Origin: Candidatus Krumholzibacteriota bacterium
GTDB lineage: Bacteria; Krumholzibacteriota; Krumholzibacteriia; JAJRXK01
Direction: 5' to 3'
Assembly: GCA_963727455.1 (NCBI GenBank)
Contig: CAVSGG010000005.1
Span: 448,001 to 512,000, forward strand
DNA length: 64,000 nucleotides
Shown here in pieces: positions 50,041 to 60,604 of the stretch (position 1 is its first letter; each line of letters begins with the position of its first letter). The notes below the pieces were generated by a model. It was not told the DNA's origin and did not search any database. It was given only the letters and a program-made list of their open reading frames with translations. The translations under genes were made by a program, and so were the position numbers.

Positions 50041-51046
50041 TCTCGTCATGGCCGGGCCGGCCCTGCGCTGCCTCAAGGAGGAGGGGCCGGTGGTGGGTGT
50101 GGGTGCTCCCGCCCTGCTGCACTCTCGCGCGGGATTGGGGTTTGATCGACGAGGCGGTGGACTACGACCGCCGCGGGAGCGACCGCGGGATTGCGGGGAC
50201 TGTGGCGCGCGGCCCGGCGCATCCGGGCCCATCGTCCGCATCGCGCCCTCATCTTTCCACCGTCCTTTCGTGCCGCCCTCCTGGCGTTTCTCAGCGGTTG
50301 CCCGCGCCGTCGCGGATTTCCCCGGGACGGGCGTGCTTTCCTGCTGGACGAACCCTATCCCGCGCCGCAAGCCTCCACGTAGCCGGCATCAGGCGAGAGT
50401 CTGGCGCTCCATGGCGAGGGGGGAAGCCCTGGAGAAGAGCGAATCGTATGCGCCGCGAAGCCTGCAGGCGGGACCGGCTGCGCAAGCCACTCTGCGGGAT
50501 CTCAGGCTAGCGGGTGCCCGAGCTGGCCGCGGCGGGACGCTACGCTGTGCTGGCTCCCGCGGTTCGCTATGGACCAGCTAAGCAATGGCCCGCCAAGCTA
50601 CTTCCGTGATTTAGCGCAGAAACTGACCGAAGAGCGGGGGCTGCAAGTGGTGGTTGTGGCGGGGGTGGGTGGGCGAGGAGGCGGAAGTTGCCGCCGCCAC
50701 CAGCCAAGGGCTTCGGTGGTGGAATTGGCCGGGAAAGACCGATCTCTTGGGGCTGAGCGCACTCCTCGCGCAGGCGGCACTCTTCGTGGGCAACGACAGC
50801 GGTCCGGCGCATCTCGCGGCCGCCTTGGGGGCGCCCACGCTGACCATCTTTGGTTCGACCAACCCGAACTGGACGGCGCCACTGGGGGAGCGGGCGCAGA
50901 TCGTGGGGCCCCATCCCGTCCCCTGCACTCCGTGCTACTTGAAACTCTGTCCGATCGGACTTCCTTGCCTGAAGGAACTCACGGTCGACGAGGTTTGGCG
51001 GGAAGTTCTCGAATTGAGCCGGGGAGAGAATGCAAAACGCGTTTGA
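49979..51046 (+). CDS. waaF: LPS heptosyltransferase II (GT9), heavily frameshifted
   Basis: PNWLGDLVMA.PAL, PPSFRAAL, YGPAKQWP, VGNDSGPAHLAAA, CTPC..CP recovered across about 7 frame switches. Confidence 0.7.
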
Positions 51047-51643
51047 GAGTTCGAAGGCAAGCTGGAGGGGAGTGGTATGGCTCGACCGAGACGGGACCTT
51101 GGTCGACGACCCCGGCTACCTTTCCGATCCGGCCGCGCTGAAACTACTGCCGAATGGCCCGCGGGCGATCGCGCGAACTCAACGCGGCCGGACTTTGCGT
51201 GGTTCTCATCACCAATCAGAGTGGAATCGCGCGCGGACTGGTGAGCCGTGAAACGGTCGATCGCATCCACGAGAAGCTGAGCGCGGAATTGGCGAGCGAA
51301 GGCGCCCACTTGGACGGCATCTATCTCTGTCCCCATCTTCCGCGCGAGGAACTGGAGGAAGGGCAGCAGGCCTGTTCGTGCCGGAAGCCGCAGACGGGTC
51401 TCGTCGAACGCGCCATGCGGGAACTGCATCTGGAAGGTCTTTCCTCGATAGTGGTGGGCGACAAGATGAGCGACCTCGAACTTGCGAGGAGAATCCCCAG
51501 TCGCAGTGTACTCGTTCTCACCGGTGAGGGACGCGCGACGCGCGATGCGCTCGAGAATTCACCCGTGAAAGCGGATCATCGTGAGCGAAGATCTAAGGAC
51601 GGCGGCGGAGTGGATCATCCAGACCCTGGGGCTTTCTCGATGA
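51030..51643 (+). CDS. gmhB: D,D-heptose 1,7-bisphosphate phosphatase; 2 frameshifts
   Basis: LDRDGTL, TNQSGIARG, CPH...CSCRKP, VGDKMSD; last segment ends at TGA 51643. Confidence 0.8.
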
Positions 51644-52711
51644 ACGCAGAGCCAGGAACTTCAGTACGAAGAATTTTGGTGACGCGACTGCGCTATCTGG
51701 GCGACGTGGTATCTGAGCACGCCTCTGCTGGGTAGCTTGCGCGAGCTCCTTTCCGAAGGCCCGGATCGAGTATCTGACCTTCGCGAGCTACGCTCCGGTT
51801 CTCGCGCATCATCCCTGGGTGGATCAGGTGCACGCATTGCCTGACGAACGCGGGAGTTCTTGCAACCCTGCGCATGGCGGCGAAGCTCCGACGAGCGAAG
51901 TTCGATTGGTGGCTGGATCTTTTCGGCAATCCGCGCAGTGCGCTGCTGTGCGCATTGGCTCGGCCGAGGAATTCGGTGGGACCGGCGCGGGGAATTCGCT
52001 CGCGCTTCTTTGACTACCGTCGCACGGCACCCCAACATTCGCCCTCTGCGATCGTGCACCACCTCGACAAGGCGTCGCCGCTCGTGGGTCGCGCCGCGTC
52101 CGCGTCGCGTGCACCTGCGAGGTGACACCGGGAGAGCTGGAGGCGATCCGCCGAACAGTTTCCCGATTTGAATGGGCCACAGCCCTTGTTGTTGCATCCG
52201 GGCGCGACCTGGCCCAGCAAGGCCTGGCCCGACTCGAAGTGGTCGGCCCTGATCGATGCGCTCGACGCGCGAGCAGCTGGGGCCGATCTGGATTTTGAGC
52301 GCACCCGGGCAAGAGGCGATGAGCGAGAGGATCGTGCGCCAGGCGCTCGCGAGCTGCCGCGTCGTGCCTCCTCTTCCCTTGCGGCCATTGCTGGCGCTCA
52401 TTGCCAGCGCGCGCGCCTACCTGGGAAACGATGGCGGCGTGCTGCACTGTGCGGTCGGGCTTTCCACGCCCACAGTGGGAATCTTCGGGCCCACCGAGCG
52501 CGAGATCTGGTTCCCCCACGAAGAATTCGGCGGACTTCTACTGGTACAGGAGGAGGTGCCGTGCCGGCCCTGCCATCTCCACGAATGCGATCATCTCTCG
52601 TGCTTGCGCGAACTGCCGGTCACGAGGGTCGTCGCGGCGCTGCAGGAGCTCTTCAAGAGCGCGAGAGCGGCTTCGGTGTCGCGCCGGGAAGGCCTGGTGG
52701 TCCATGGCTGA
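51640..52711 (+). CDS. Glycosyltransferase family 9 (heptosyltransferase-like), multiply frameshifted
   Basis: RILVTRLRYLGDVV, DLFGNPRS, HPGATWPSKAWP, GNDGGVLH, FGPT, CRPC. Confidence 0.7.
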
Positions 52712-53739
52712 GCCTCGCCGTGTCCTGATCCTGAGGCGACGAGCGGTGGGAGACATCGTGGTGTCTCTGCCCATGGTCCATGCTCTGCGCCAGCTCTGGC
52801 CGGGCGCGAAGCTCTCGCTGGTGGTGGATCGCATGGCGGCGGAGCTCGTCGAACACTGCCGGGGCGGCGGACGAGGTACTCGTTTACGATCCTCCCGAGA
52901 GCGGCGCGGCGCGCGTCCTCTACGATTTGAAGTGGCTTGGAAAACTGCGCTGCCGCACAGTACGAAGTCACCATCGACCTTCTGGGCACTCCGCAGAGTG
53001 CGCAGTGGACCGAGACTCATTGGATCTCCTCTGCGAGTCGGAAGGAAGAGGCGCTTTCCGCAGCTGGGCCTACAATTACCTGCTCGAGACGGCGCGAAGG
53101 AGCGACTCGCTTCGCCGGTGAGGAAATGTTGGATTTCGCGCGCGCGCTGGGCGCGAGGACTTCGAATTGGCGGCCGGCTCGCTTGCTGCAGGAAGGCGAT
53201 TCCGGTCCGAGCGACCCGCCGCCTCCGGGAAGCGGAGCTTGGGTGATTCTGCATGCGCCCGCGAATTGGAGCGCGAAAGCCTGGCCCCAACGGCATTGGG
53301 TCGAGCTGGTCCGGCGCCTCGCGGCGGTGGGAATGGAGAGGATCGAGATCTCCTGGGGCCCCGGGGAGGAGGGCTTGGCGGGACGGGATTCTGCGAGAGA
53401 GTGGGGAATTGGCGATGGCGATGCCGCCCACTACACTGCTGGAACTCACGCGCCGCATCTCCCGCTGTGATCTGCTCGTGGCGGTGGATAGCGGACCGGC
53501 GCATATCGCCATGGCGGAAGGGACACCGACTCTGACTCTCTTCGGCAGTACCAATGAACGAGGATGGCACCATTCCTACTCCGATCCATCGTGCGCTGAT
53601 GCACGAGGTGGAGTGCCGGCCGTGCGACCTGACCGTGTGTCCCGTGCCGGGACACCCGTGTCTGGAGCTCCTCGAGCCCGAGCGCGTGTGCACGCAAGCG
53701 CTCGAACTGTTGGCGCTAGTAGCGGAGGGGGAGGCGTGA
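52704..53739 (+). CDS. Glycosyltransferase family 9 (heptosyltransferase-like), multiply frameshifted
   Basis: RVLILRRRAVGDIV, WSAKAWP, WGPGE, VDSGPAHIA, FGST, CRPC..CP. Confidence 0.7.
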
Positions 53740-54581
53740 GTTCCATCGGAGCGATCGTGATCACTTTAAACGAGGAGCGGAACATTCAGCAGTGCCTGAA
53801 GAGCCTCGAGTTTTGTGCGCAGCGTGTGGTCGTGGATTCGTTCAGCGAGGATGACACGGTGCAGCAAGCCTTGCCCCATGCCGACAAGATCTACCGGCGC
53901 CATTTCTCGAGCTGGGGCGAGCAAAAAAATTGGGCTCTGCTGCAACTCGATACCGAATGGGCCCTCATCGTGGATGCGGACGAGCGCGTGGGGCTCTCGC
54001 TCGCGCGGGAGATTCAAGAGGCCACCGAATCGGGCCAGAGTGACGCTTTTTGGATTCGCCGCAGGAATTTTTTCTTCGGACGTCCCATCCGCGGGGCGGG
54101 ATGGGGGCGAGATAGAGTGATGCGGCTCTTGCGCTTGGATGCAGGAACTTACGACCACAGGCAGGTACATGAGGAAATCCAACTCCATCCGGGCAAGCGC
54201 TGTGGGGAACTCGAGCACCGGCTCGATCATTTCTCTTATGAGGACTGGTCCTCCACGTTCGACAGGATGCTGCTCTACAGCAGCCGCGGAGCGGTGGACG
54301 CCCTGGCCTCGGGAAAGAGCGCTTCCATCGGGCGTCTGGCATTCGCACCTAGTCTGCGATTCTGGAAGCAGTACCTCCTGCAGGGAGGATTCCGGGACGG
54401 GGTGCATGGGCTGATTCTCTGTGGCCTCAGCGCATCGCAACTCTTCTTGAAGTTGGCGAAGATGCGCCTGGGAGAAGTTCCCGTCCCCTCGGAGAGCGGT
54501 GTTGCACGAGAGGTGGAGGTCGTGCTGGGACCGAGCCCCCGCGCGCTTGCCCGCAACGATGGTGGAGCCGAGAAGGAGTAG
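53736..54581 (+). CDS. GT2 glycosyltransferase (WaaE/KdtX-like)
   Basis: ITLNEERNI..CL, VVDSFSEDDT, QKNWAL, VDADE, GGFRDGVHGL. Confidence 0.85.
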   Translation: MSSIGAIVITLNEERNIQQCLKSLEFCAQRVVVDSFSEDDTVQQALPHADKIYRRHFSSWGEQKNWALLQLDTEWALIVDADERVGLSLAREIQEATESGQSDAFWIRRRNFFFGRPIRGAGWGRDRVMRLLRLDAGTYDHRQVHEEIQLHPGKRCGELEHRLDHFSYEDWSSTFDRMLLYSSRGAVDALASGKSASIGRLAFAPSLRFWKQYLLQGGFRDGVHGLILCGLSASQLFLKLAKMRLGEVPVPSESGVAREVEVVLGPSPRALARNDGGAEKE

Positions 54582-54582
54582 C

Positions 54583-55365
54583 GTGAGAACCAAACGCGCA
54601 GCAGCCACGAAACTCGCGATGCTACTCTTCGCGTCCGCCTGTCTGGTGGTCGGACTGGTACGGCTATCCTGGGCCGCTCCCGGATTCGGTCCGGGAGAAG
54701 AGGCCGTGTTCAACATCAGCTACGGAGTGATCAGCGCGGGTGAGGGAACTCTCTCCGTGATGCCCTACCTCGACTACGATGGTTCACACTGCTATCACTT
54801 TCGCACGCGCGCGAGGAGCAACCGGTTCTTCAGCGCCATCTTCAGGGTTCGCGATCAGGCTGATTCCTTCATGGACTCGGACTCCCTCGTTACGCGGTAC
54901 TTCAACAAACATCTACGCGAGGGGAGTTTTCGGCGCGACGTGGAGATCCACTTCGATCAGAAACACAACAAGGCCTACTTCCCCGACGGTCGCGTGAATG
55001 ACATTGTCCCTGATACTCAGGACGTGCTCTCTGCCTTCTTCAAAGTGCGCGCAATGAAGCTCGATGTGGGAATGGAGTTCGACGTGCCAACCCACGGCGA
55101 CAAGGAGATGTACCCTTTGAAGGTCAAGGTCCTGCGGCGCGAGACCCTCGACAACGATGCCCTGGGGAAGATCGACTGCATCGTGGTACAACCCTTCCTG
55201 GCTGACGATGGCCTCTTCAAACACGAGGGAGATCTCTTGTTGTGGATGAGCGACGACGAGCGGCACATTCCCGTAAAGATGCGGGCCAATGTTCCGGTCG
55301 GAGCGATCGAGGCCAACCTGATCAGCTACACCCCGCCGACCGTTTTGTCCTCCAGTGGGAACTGA
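54583..55365 (+). CDS. DUF3108 domain exported protein
   Basis: GEE..F.ISYGVISAG, D.LSAFF..R, W.SDDERHIPVK. Confidence 0.8.
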   Translation: MRTKRAAATKLAMLLFASACLVVGLVRLSWAAPGFGPGEEAVFNISYGVISAGEGTLSVMPYLDYDGSHCYHFRTRARSNRFFSAIFRVRDQADSFMDSDSLVTRYFNKHLREGSFRRDVEIHFDQKHNKAYFPDGRVNDIVPDTQDVLSAFFKVRAMKLDVGMEFDVPTHGDKEMYPLKVKVLRRETLDNDALGKIDCIVVQPFLADDGLFKHEGDLLLWMSDDERHIPVKMRANVPVGAIEANLISYTPPTVLSSSGN

Positions 55366-56650
55366 CGTGCGCGAAAGATTCTGTGACGTGGTGATCTTCG
55401 GGGGCGGGTTCGCGGGCTTGTGGATCCTCGATACGCTCGTGCAAGAGGGCTACGACGCTCTTCTGCTGGAATCGCGGGCTCTGGGTACGGGACAGAGCAT
55501 TCAGGCCCAGGGGATCATCCACGGAGGGGGGAAATACGCCCTGCGTGGGGTGGGGGACTTCGCGGCGGTCGAGGCGATTCGTGAGATGCCCGAGCGCTGG
55601 AGGCGAAGCTTGAGTGGACGCGAGCAGCCCGATCTCTCGCGTGCGTTGCTACTTTCCGATGTCTGCCACCTCTTCGTGCCGCGGGCAGGGCTCCTTTCCC
55701 ACCTGAGCGCACACGCCTTCCTGCCCGTAGTGCGCAAGGCGGGTCTCCTACATACCGGACCGGTGAAGCTGGAGTCCAAGGATTGGCCAAGAGCCTTACG
55801 CGGCTCGGCTCGGGCAGTGTACTCGATGGCGGAACCGGTGCTCGCGACGGGATCCGCACTGACCGCCCTCGCCGCCCGGCATCCGCAAAGGCTCCTGCGT
55901 TATGCGCCAGGAGCGTCTCTGGAGAATCTGAAGCTCGATCTGAAGAGAATCGAAGAATATATTGTAGAAATTGAAGATCCGGATGCCCCAGAGCCCCTGC
56001 GCCTGCGTCCCCGCTCCGTGGTCTTCGCGGCCGGGGCAGGCAACGAGGGATTGGTGCAGCGCGCGGAGCGAGGCGAAGCCCCCATGCAAAGGCGGCCGCT
56101 GCGCATGAGCATACTCCGGGGTTCGCTGCCTCCGCTCTACGGGCACATGGTTCGCGGCGGAAAGACGGCGATGACGGTGACCACCCATCCCCTGCAGGCC
56201 GACAGCATGGCTGACAACGCGGGGCAGTGCATCTGGCAGGTGGGAGGCGAGCTTGCCGAGCGTGCCGCTGAGGATGGGGACGGAGCTAGGTTGGAGCGCG
56301 AGTTGCCGCGGCAACTGCGGCGATTCTTTCCCGGAGTGGATTTTTCCCGCGTGCTGATGGCCAGCTATGGGGCGGTGCGTGCGGAAGCCCGCTCGCGAGG
56401 CGAGCGACGTCCCAGCGGGGTGCAGGTCAAAGAGCTGGGCGCGGGGGTGCTGGTCGCCTGGCCGACCAAGATGGCGCTGAGTCCGATTCTCGCGTGGGAG
56501 GTGCAGAGGGAGTTGAGCCGAATGCTTGGCCCACAGGAGCGCAGGGCGGGATTCCCCGCGCCCTCGGCTCCCGCGCTTGGCTGGCCGAGTCCGTCCGTGG
56601 CAAAGTACCCCTGGCAAGAGGAGGGCCTCAGTTGGTGCCCCGTGCGCTAG
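55355..56650 (+). CDS. FAD-dependent oxidoreductase
   Basis: DVVIFGGGFAGLW, GQS...QGIIHGG.KYAL, AGAGN, WPTKMALSP. Confidence 0.85.
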   Translation: MGTDVRERFCDVVIFGGGFAGLWILDTLVQEGYDALLLESRALGTGQSIQAQGIIHGGGKYALRGVGDFAAVEAIREMPERWRRSLSGREQPDLSRALLLSDVCHLFVPRAGLLSHLSAHAFLPVVRKAGLLHTGPVKLESKDWPRALRGSARAVYSMAEPVLATGSALTALAARHPQRLLRYAPGASLENLKLDLKRIEEYIVEIEDPDAPEPLRLRPRSVVFAAGAGNEGLVQRAERGEAPMQRRPLRMSILRGSLPPLYGHMVRGGKTAMTVTTHPLQADSMADNAGQCIWQVGGELAERAAEDGDGARLERELPRQLRRFFPGVDFSRVLMASYGAVRAEARSRGERRPSGVQVKELGAGVLVAWPTKMALSPILAWEVQRELSRMLGPQERRAGFPAPSAPALGWPSPSVAKYPWQEEGLSWCPVR

Positions 56651-57423
56651 GCAGGAGCGGACTTCAGGTTTCCAGGGTCGGTTTGGGTACGGTCAAACTG
56701 GGACGCACCAGTGGGGTCAAATATCCCGTGGCATTCGAGCTGCCAAGCGATGCTGAGTTGGATGAGTTTCTGGACGCAGCTTGGGAGATGGGGGTCCGCC
56801 TTTATGACACGGCGCCGGCCTACGGAAGCAGCGAGGAACGGCTGGCCCCCTTCGTGGCGCGGCATCGCCACGAGATGATCCTCTGCACCAAGTGCGGGGA
56901 GGAATTCAGCGAGGAGGGTTCACGCTACGACTTTTCGGCGAAGTCCTTGCGAGCGTCGCTGGAACGAAGTCTGCGCCGGCTCGGTAGCGAGTGCATCGAC
57001 CTCCTCCTTCTGCATTCCAACGGTGAGGACCTCGAGATTCTGAAGGAAACGGACGCGGTCGAAACTCTGCAGAACCTGAAGTCGGAAGGGAAAGCACGGG
57101 CCATCGGCATCTCCGCCAAAACCGAGGAAGGGGTTCGCGCCGCAGCGGAAACCTTGGACGTCGTCATGGCTCCCTACAGCTTGCACGCCCCTAAACTGGC
57201 TGAGGCCTTGCAGTACGTGCACTCCCGAGGGGTTGGGGTGCTGGGAATCAAGGGGCTCTCGAGCGGTCATCTCGCGCTGACGGGGGAAGATGCCACAAAG
57301 CAGGCCCTCCGTCATGTCTTGTCGCGGAGCTTTCTCGATGCACTGATCCTCGGTACAATCAACCGAGATCATTTGGCGCAAGCGGTGCACTTAGCCCAGG
57401 AAATGGATGAGTCCGGCGGGTGA
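56635..57423 (+). CDS. Aldo/keto reductase
   Basis: GLGTVKLGR..GVKYP, DTAPAYGSSEERL, TKCGE, SLRRL...IDLLLLH. Confidence 0.9.
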   Translation: MPRALGRSGLQVSRVGLGTVKLGRTSGVKYPVAFELPSDAELDEFLDAAWEMGVRLYDTAPAYGSSEERLAPFVARHRHEMILCTKCGEEFSEEGSRYDFSAKSLRASLERSLRRLGSECIDLLLLHSNGEDLEILKETDAVETLQNLKSEGKARAIGISAKTEEGVRAAAETLDVVMAPYSLHAPKLAEALQYVHSRGVGVLGIKGLSSGHLALTGEDATKQALRHVLSRSFLDALILGTINRDHLAQAVHLAQEMDESGG

Positions 57424-58981
57424 GATGAAGCAGGCTAGCACTTACTTTCCCGATACCTCAAGGCAACGAAGCCTCGGTGAAGAACGGCTTCCCTTGGCCC
57501 TCTTCCTCATTTTCTTGCTCGGACTCCTGTTGCGAGTGTACGGGCTGTCGCATCAGAGCCTTTGGATCGACGAGATCATCACCTTGCGCCAGGGCCTCGT
57601 TCCCGGGCACGGGCTCTGGGAACAGTTCCTGGACGACTATCACAATCCACTGCCGATGGTGGTGATCACCACTCTGGCTCGGATGAGCCACGCCGAACAG
57701 CTGCTGCGTTTTCCCGGAGCCCTCTTGGGTTCTCTCAGCGTGCTTTTGATCTTCTTCTTGGGAAGGAGGCTTTCCAGCGCGCGGGTGGGCCTCTTGGCCG
57801 CGCTGCTCTTGGCGGTGAATCCCTTCCATATCTTTCACTCGCAGGAACTCCGTGGCTACGCATGGATGATCTTCTTCGGATTGGCCACTGCCTTGGTTGC
57901 CGTGAACACCCGGGACCGGCTCAGCTGGCCGCGCGCAATCCTGCTCGCGGTTTTGGGGATTGCCACTGCTCTGTGCAATCTCGAGGGACTTTTCTGGATG
58001 GGGAGCCTGGCGCTTGCCTGTACGGCCGCGGGGAAAGTGCACCGTCACGACCTCAGGGCTTGGGGTGTGGCCTTCGGTCTCATGGTGCTCGTCACTTCAC
58101 CCTGGTGGACCGGGATCTCTCGCACCCATCACGAGGAGAGGCTCTTGCCGGGTCAGGAGACCGGGATACCCATGCGCGGACAAACCACCCTGGGAAAGTG
58201 GGCCATTCCCTACGCGGGTTTCGTGCTCGCCATGGGAAATACCATGGGTCCGACTCCACTGGAGATTCACGCGGAGAGTGAGGAGACGATCGAGGCGAAG
58301 CCGAGACTCGAGCGACGGCACTGGCCCGCCGTCGCGGGTGTGGCGGGAATCGTGTTGGTCCTCGGAGTGAGCGGGATCGTCGCGCTGCGCTCGCGCACTT
58401 GGCTTCTTCTTCTGTGGGTTGCCCTTCCAGTGTTGGTGGCGGTGTGGCTGGCCGCGCGCAACGTGAAGCCCCTGAATCCGCGCTACTGCATCGCGGCCTT
58501 GCCGGCGCTCATGCTTCTCCTTGCGGCTGGGATCGATGCCCTGCCGCGCAAGACCGCCTTCATGGTTCTCATCGCGTGGCTCGCCTTCTCGGCCGTGGCC
58601 GACTATCGCTATCACTTCGTGCCCCAGTATCAGAGAGAGGACGTGCGAGGAGCGGTCCGACTGGTGGAGGAGCGCGAGGGCCCCAAAGATTTCATCCTCG
58701 CTCCCACCGTCTACCGCGTCTTTCAGTGGTATTATCGAGGCAGCAATCCGGTCGAACCCTACTGGTGGTCGAAAGTGGATCATTCGCTCGCCGACGTCAC
58801 ACGCCGCTTGGATCAGTTGGACCCCGCGCGCAAGTACGCCTGGTACGTGCGCTGCCGCCCGTGGCACGACGATCCCAACGGCTGGCTGCTAGCCTCTTTC
58901 GAAGAAAACTGGCGTTCTCGGGCCCTATTTCGCCTGCCCGGTGTCGAGGTCTACCTCTTCGAGCGCAAGGAGACTCCCTGA
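57407..58981 (+). CDS. GT-C fold membrane glycosyltransferase (PMT/ArnT-like)
   Basis: LR..GL..QSLWIDE, H.PL, LRFP, P.HI..SQE.R.Y, multiple TM helices. Confidence 0.8.
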   Translation: MSPAGEMKQASTYFPDTSRQRSLGEERLPLALFLIFLLGLLLRVYGLSHQSLWIDEIITLRQGLVPGHGLWEQFLDDYHNPLPMVVITTLARMSHAEQLLRFPGALLGSLSVLLIFFLGRRLSSARVGLLAALLLAVNPFHIFHSQELRGYAWMIFFGLATALVAVNTRDRLSWPRAILLAVLGIATALCNLEGLFWMGSLALACTAAGKVHRHDLRAWGVAFGLMVLVTSPWWTGISRTHHEERLLPGQETGIPMRGQTTLGKWAIPYAGFVLAMGNTMGPTPLEIHAESEETIEAKPRLERRHWPAVAGVAGIVLVLGVSGIVALRSRTWLLLLWVALPVLVAVWLAARNVKPLNPRYCIAALPALMLLLAAGIDALPRKTAFMVLIAWLAFSAVADYRYHFVPQYQREDVRGAVRLVEEREGPKDFILAPTVYRVFQWYYRGSNPVEPYWWSKVDHSLADVTRRLDQLDPARKYAWYVRCRPWHDDPNGWLLASFEENWRSRALFRLPGVEVYLFERKETP

Positions 58982-59625
58982 TGGCGGCCCAGGCCATCGG
59001 CACGGAAGCCGTGAAGTCGCAGCCGTTGTATGAGGCGGCAAAGCGACTCTTCGACATCCTTGCCGCGACTCTGGGCCTCATCTTCTTTCTGCCCCAGATC
59101 CCGTTTCTGGCGCTCTTGGTGAAATTGGAATCTCCGGGTCCCTTTCTGTTCCGGCAAGAGAGGGTGGGGAAAGACGGCAGTCACTTTTTCTGTTACAAGA
59201 TCCGTTCGATGGTGGACAACGCGGAGCTGCTGAAGCAGAGCCTCTCGCATCTGAACGAAGCCGACGGAGCGGCCTTCAAGATCCGTCGTGATCCCCGCAT
59301 CACGCGGGTCGGACAGTTCGTGCGCCGTTCTTCCCTGGACGAGTTTCCGCAGCTTCTGAACGTTTTGCGCGGAGAGATGTCGGTCGTGGGACCCAGGCCA
59401 CAGGTGCCCGAAGAGGTGGCGCAGTACCGCCCTGAACACCGGGAGCGTCTGCTCGTAAAGCCGGGTTTGACCTGTCTCTGGCAGGTCAGTGGCCGCAACG
59501 ACCTGGACTTCGAGGAGTGGATGCGCATGGATCGCGAGTATGTCGCCAAGAGAGGAATGAAAATGGACATGTGGATCATCCTACACACCCTGCCCGCGGT
59601 GATCGCCCGCAAGGGCGCCTACTAA
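58981..59625 (+). CDS. Polyprenyl-phosphate sugar phosphotransferase (bacterial sugar transferase)
   Basis: KRLFDI, FRQERVG, DPRITRVG..VRRSSLDEFPQL.NVLRGEMSVVGPRP. Confidence 0.92.
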   Translation: MAAQAIGTEAVKSQPLYEAAKRLFDILAATLGLIFFLPQIPFLALLVKLESPGPFLFRQERVGKDGSHFFCYKIRSMVDNAELLKQSLSHLNEADGAAFKIRRDPRITRVGQFVRRSSLDEFPQLLNVLRGEMSVVGPRPQVPEEVAQYRPEHRERLLVKPGLTCLWQVSGRNDLDFEEWMRMDREYVAKRGMKMDMWIILHTLPAVIARKGAY

Positions 59626-59673
59626 AGAGCTGCGCGTGCAATCTTCCATCACAACCGTTTCCTCGATCCGCTG

Positions 59674-60591
59674 ATGACTCCCGCCGCCTCCAGCTCGGGC
59701 AGAGTCTCGGTGTGGCTGCGCTTCACGCGGCCGTTCACCCTCTGGCCTCCGGGTCTGGGAATGGTGAGCGGAGGGCTCACCGCCTTGGGCGCCTATCCGC
59801 GCGAGGCCTTCACCTTGACGATTCTGACCAAGCTCGTTCTGGGCGCCCTCATGGCGGCTGTACTCAACGCCGCCAGTAACGGCATCAATCAGATCTATGA
59901 TTTGAAAGTTGACCGGGTGAACAAGCCCGAGAGAGCACTGGTGACCGGAGAGATGAGCGTGCGCGAGGCCAAGTTTCTCTCGGGGGTTCTCTATCTCATC
60001 GCTTTGATCCTGGCGAGTCTGATCAATTTCCAGTGCTTTCTCTTGGCCGCGATCGCGGCAGTTTTGACCTGGGTCTACTCGGCACCGCCCTTGCGCAGCA
60101 AGCGGCACGGATGGTGGGCCAACATCACCATCGCGGTCCCGCGCGGGCTCCTGCTCAAAGTTTGCGGTTGGGCATCGGTAAAGACCTTCATGGCTTTGGA
60201 GCCCTGGTACATCGGTTCGATCTTCTTCCTCTTTCTACTCGGCGCATCCAGCACCAAGGACTTCGCGGACATGGAAGGGGACCGTCTGGGAGGCTGTGAA
60301 ACTTTGCCCCTGCGCTACGGGGTGCGGCGGGCAGCGTGGATGATCGCCCCCTCTTTCGTGCTTCCTTTCATCATGCTTCCTCTGGGCACATCCCTGGGTA
60401 TTTTGACCGGCAACGGCCTGCTGCTCGACCTTCTGGGGCTCACACTGGCGGCCTGGGGATGCTATACCGTGTATCTTCTGGTGAGGCGTCCCGATGAGCT
60501 CGCGACTACCGAGAATCATCCTTCCTGGACCCACATGTATCTGATGATGATGGCGCTGCAAGTTGGCTTCGCCATCTCATACCTCTTTTGA
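59674..60591 (+). CDS. UbiA-family prenyltransferase (DGGGP synthase / homogentisate prenyltransferase-like)
   Basis: RP near N-terminus, GINQIYDLKVDRVNKPER, YSAPPLRSKR, KDFADMEGD. Confidence 0.9.
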   Translation: MTPAASSSGRVSVWLRFTRPFTLWPPGLGMVSGGLTALGAYPREAFTLTILTKLVLGALMAAVLNAASNGINQIYDLKVDRVNKPERALVTGEMSVREAKFLSGVLYLIALILASLINFQCFLLAAIAAVLTWVYSAPPLRSKRHGWWANITIAVPRGLLLKVCGWASVKTFMALEPWYIGSIFFLFLLGASSTKDFADMEGDRLGGCETLPLRYGVRRAAWMIAPSFVLPFIMLPLGTSLGILTGNGLLLDLLGLTLAAWGCYTVYLLVRRPDELATTENHPSWTHMYLMMMALQVGFAISYLF

Positions 60592-60604
60592 GCTGGGAGA
60601 TTTC

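Noticed and set aside
51154-51735. Apparent gmhB-GT9 fusion
   Set aside because: An indel near 51580 explains it; the true gmhB tail ends at TGA 51643, overlapping ATG 51640
53253-54581. Apparent GT9-GT2 fusion protein in the ORF track
   Set aside because: Artefact of frameshifts; the GT9 C-terminus ends at 53739 in another frame and GT2 has its own SD and GTG at 53736
59668-59685. GCTGATGACTCC resembling the 3' half of a fluoride riboswitch
   Set aside because: The 5' GGCGATGGAGTTCGCC element is absent and the sequence is simply the start of the UbiA gene
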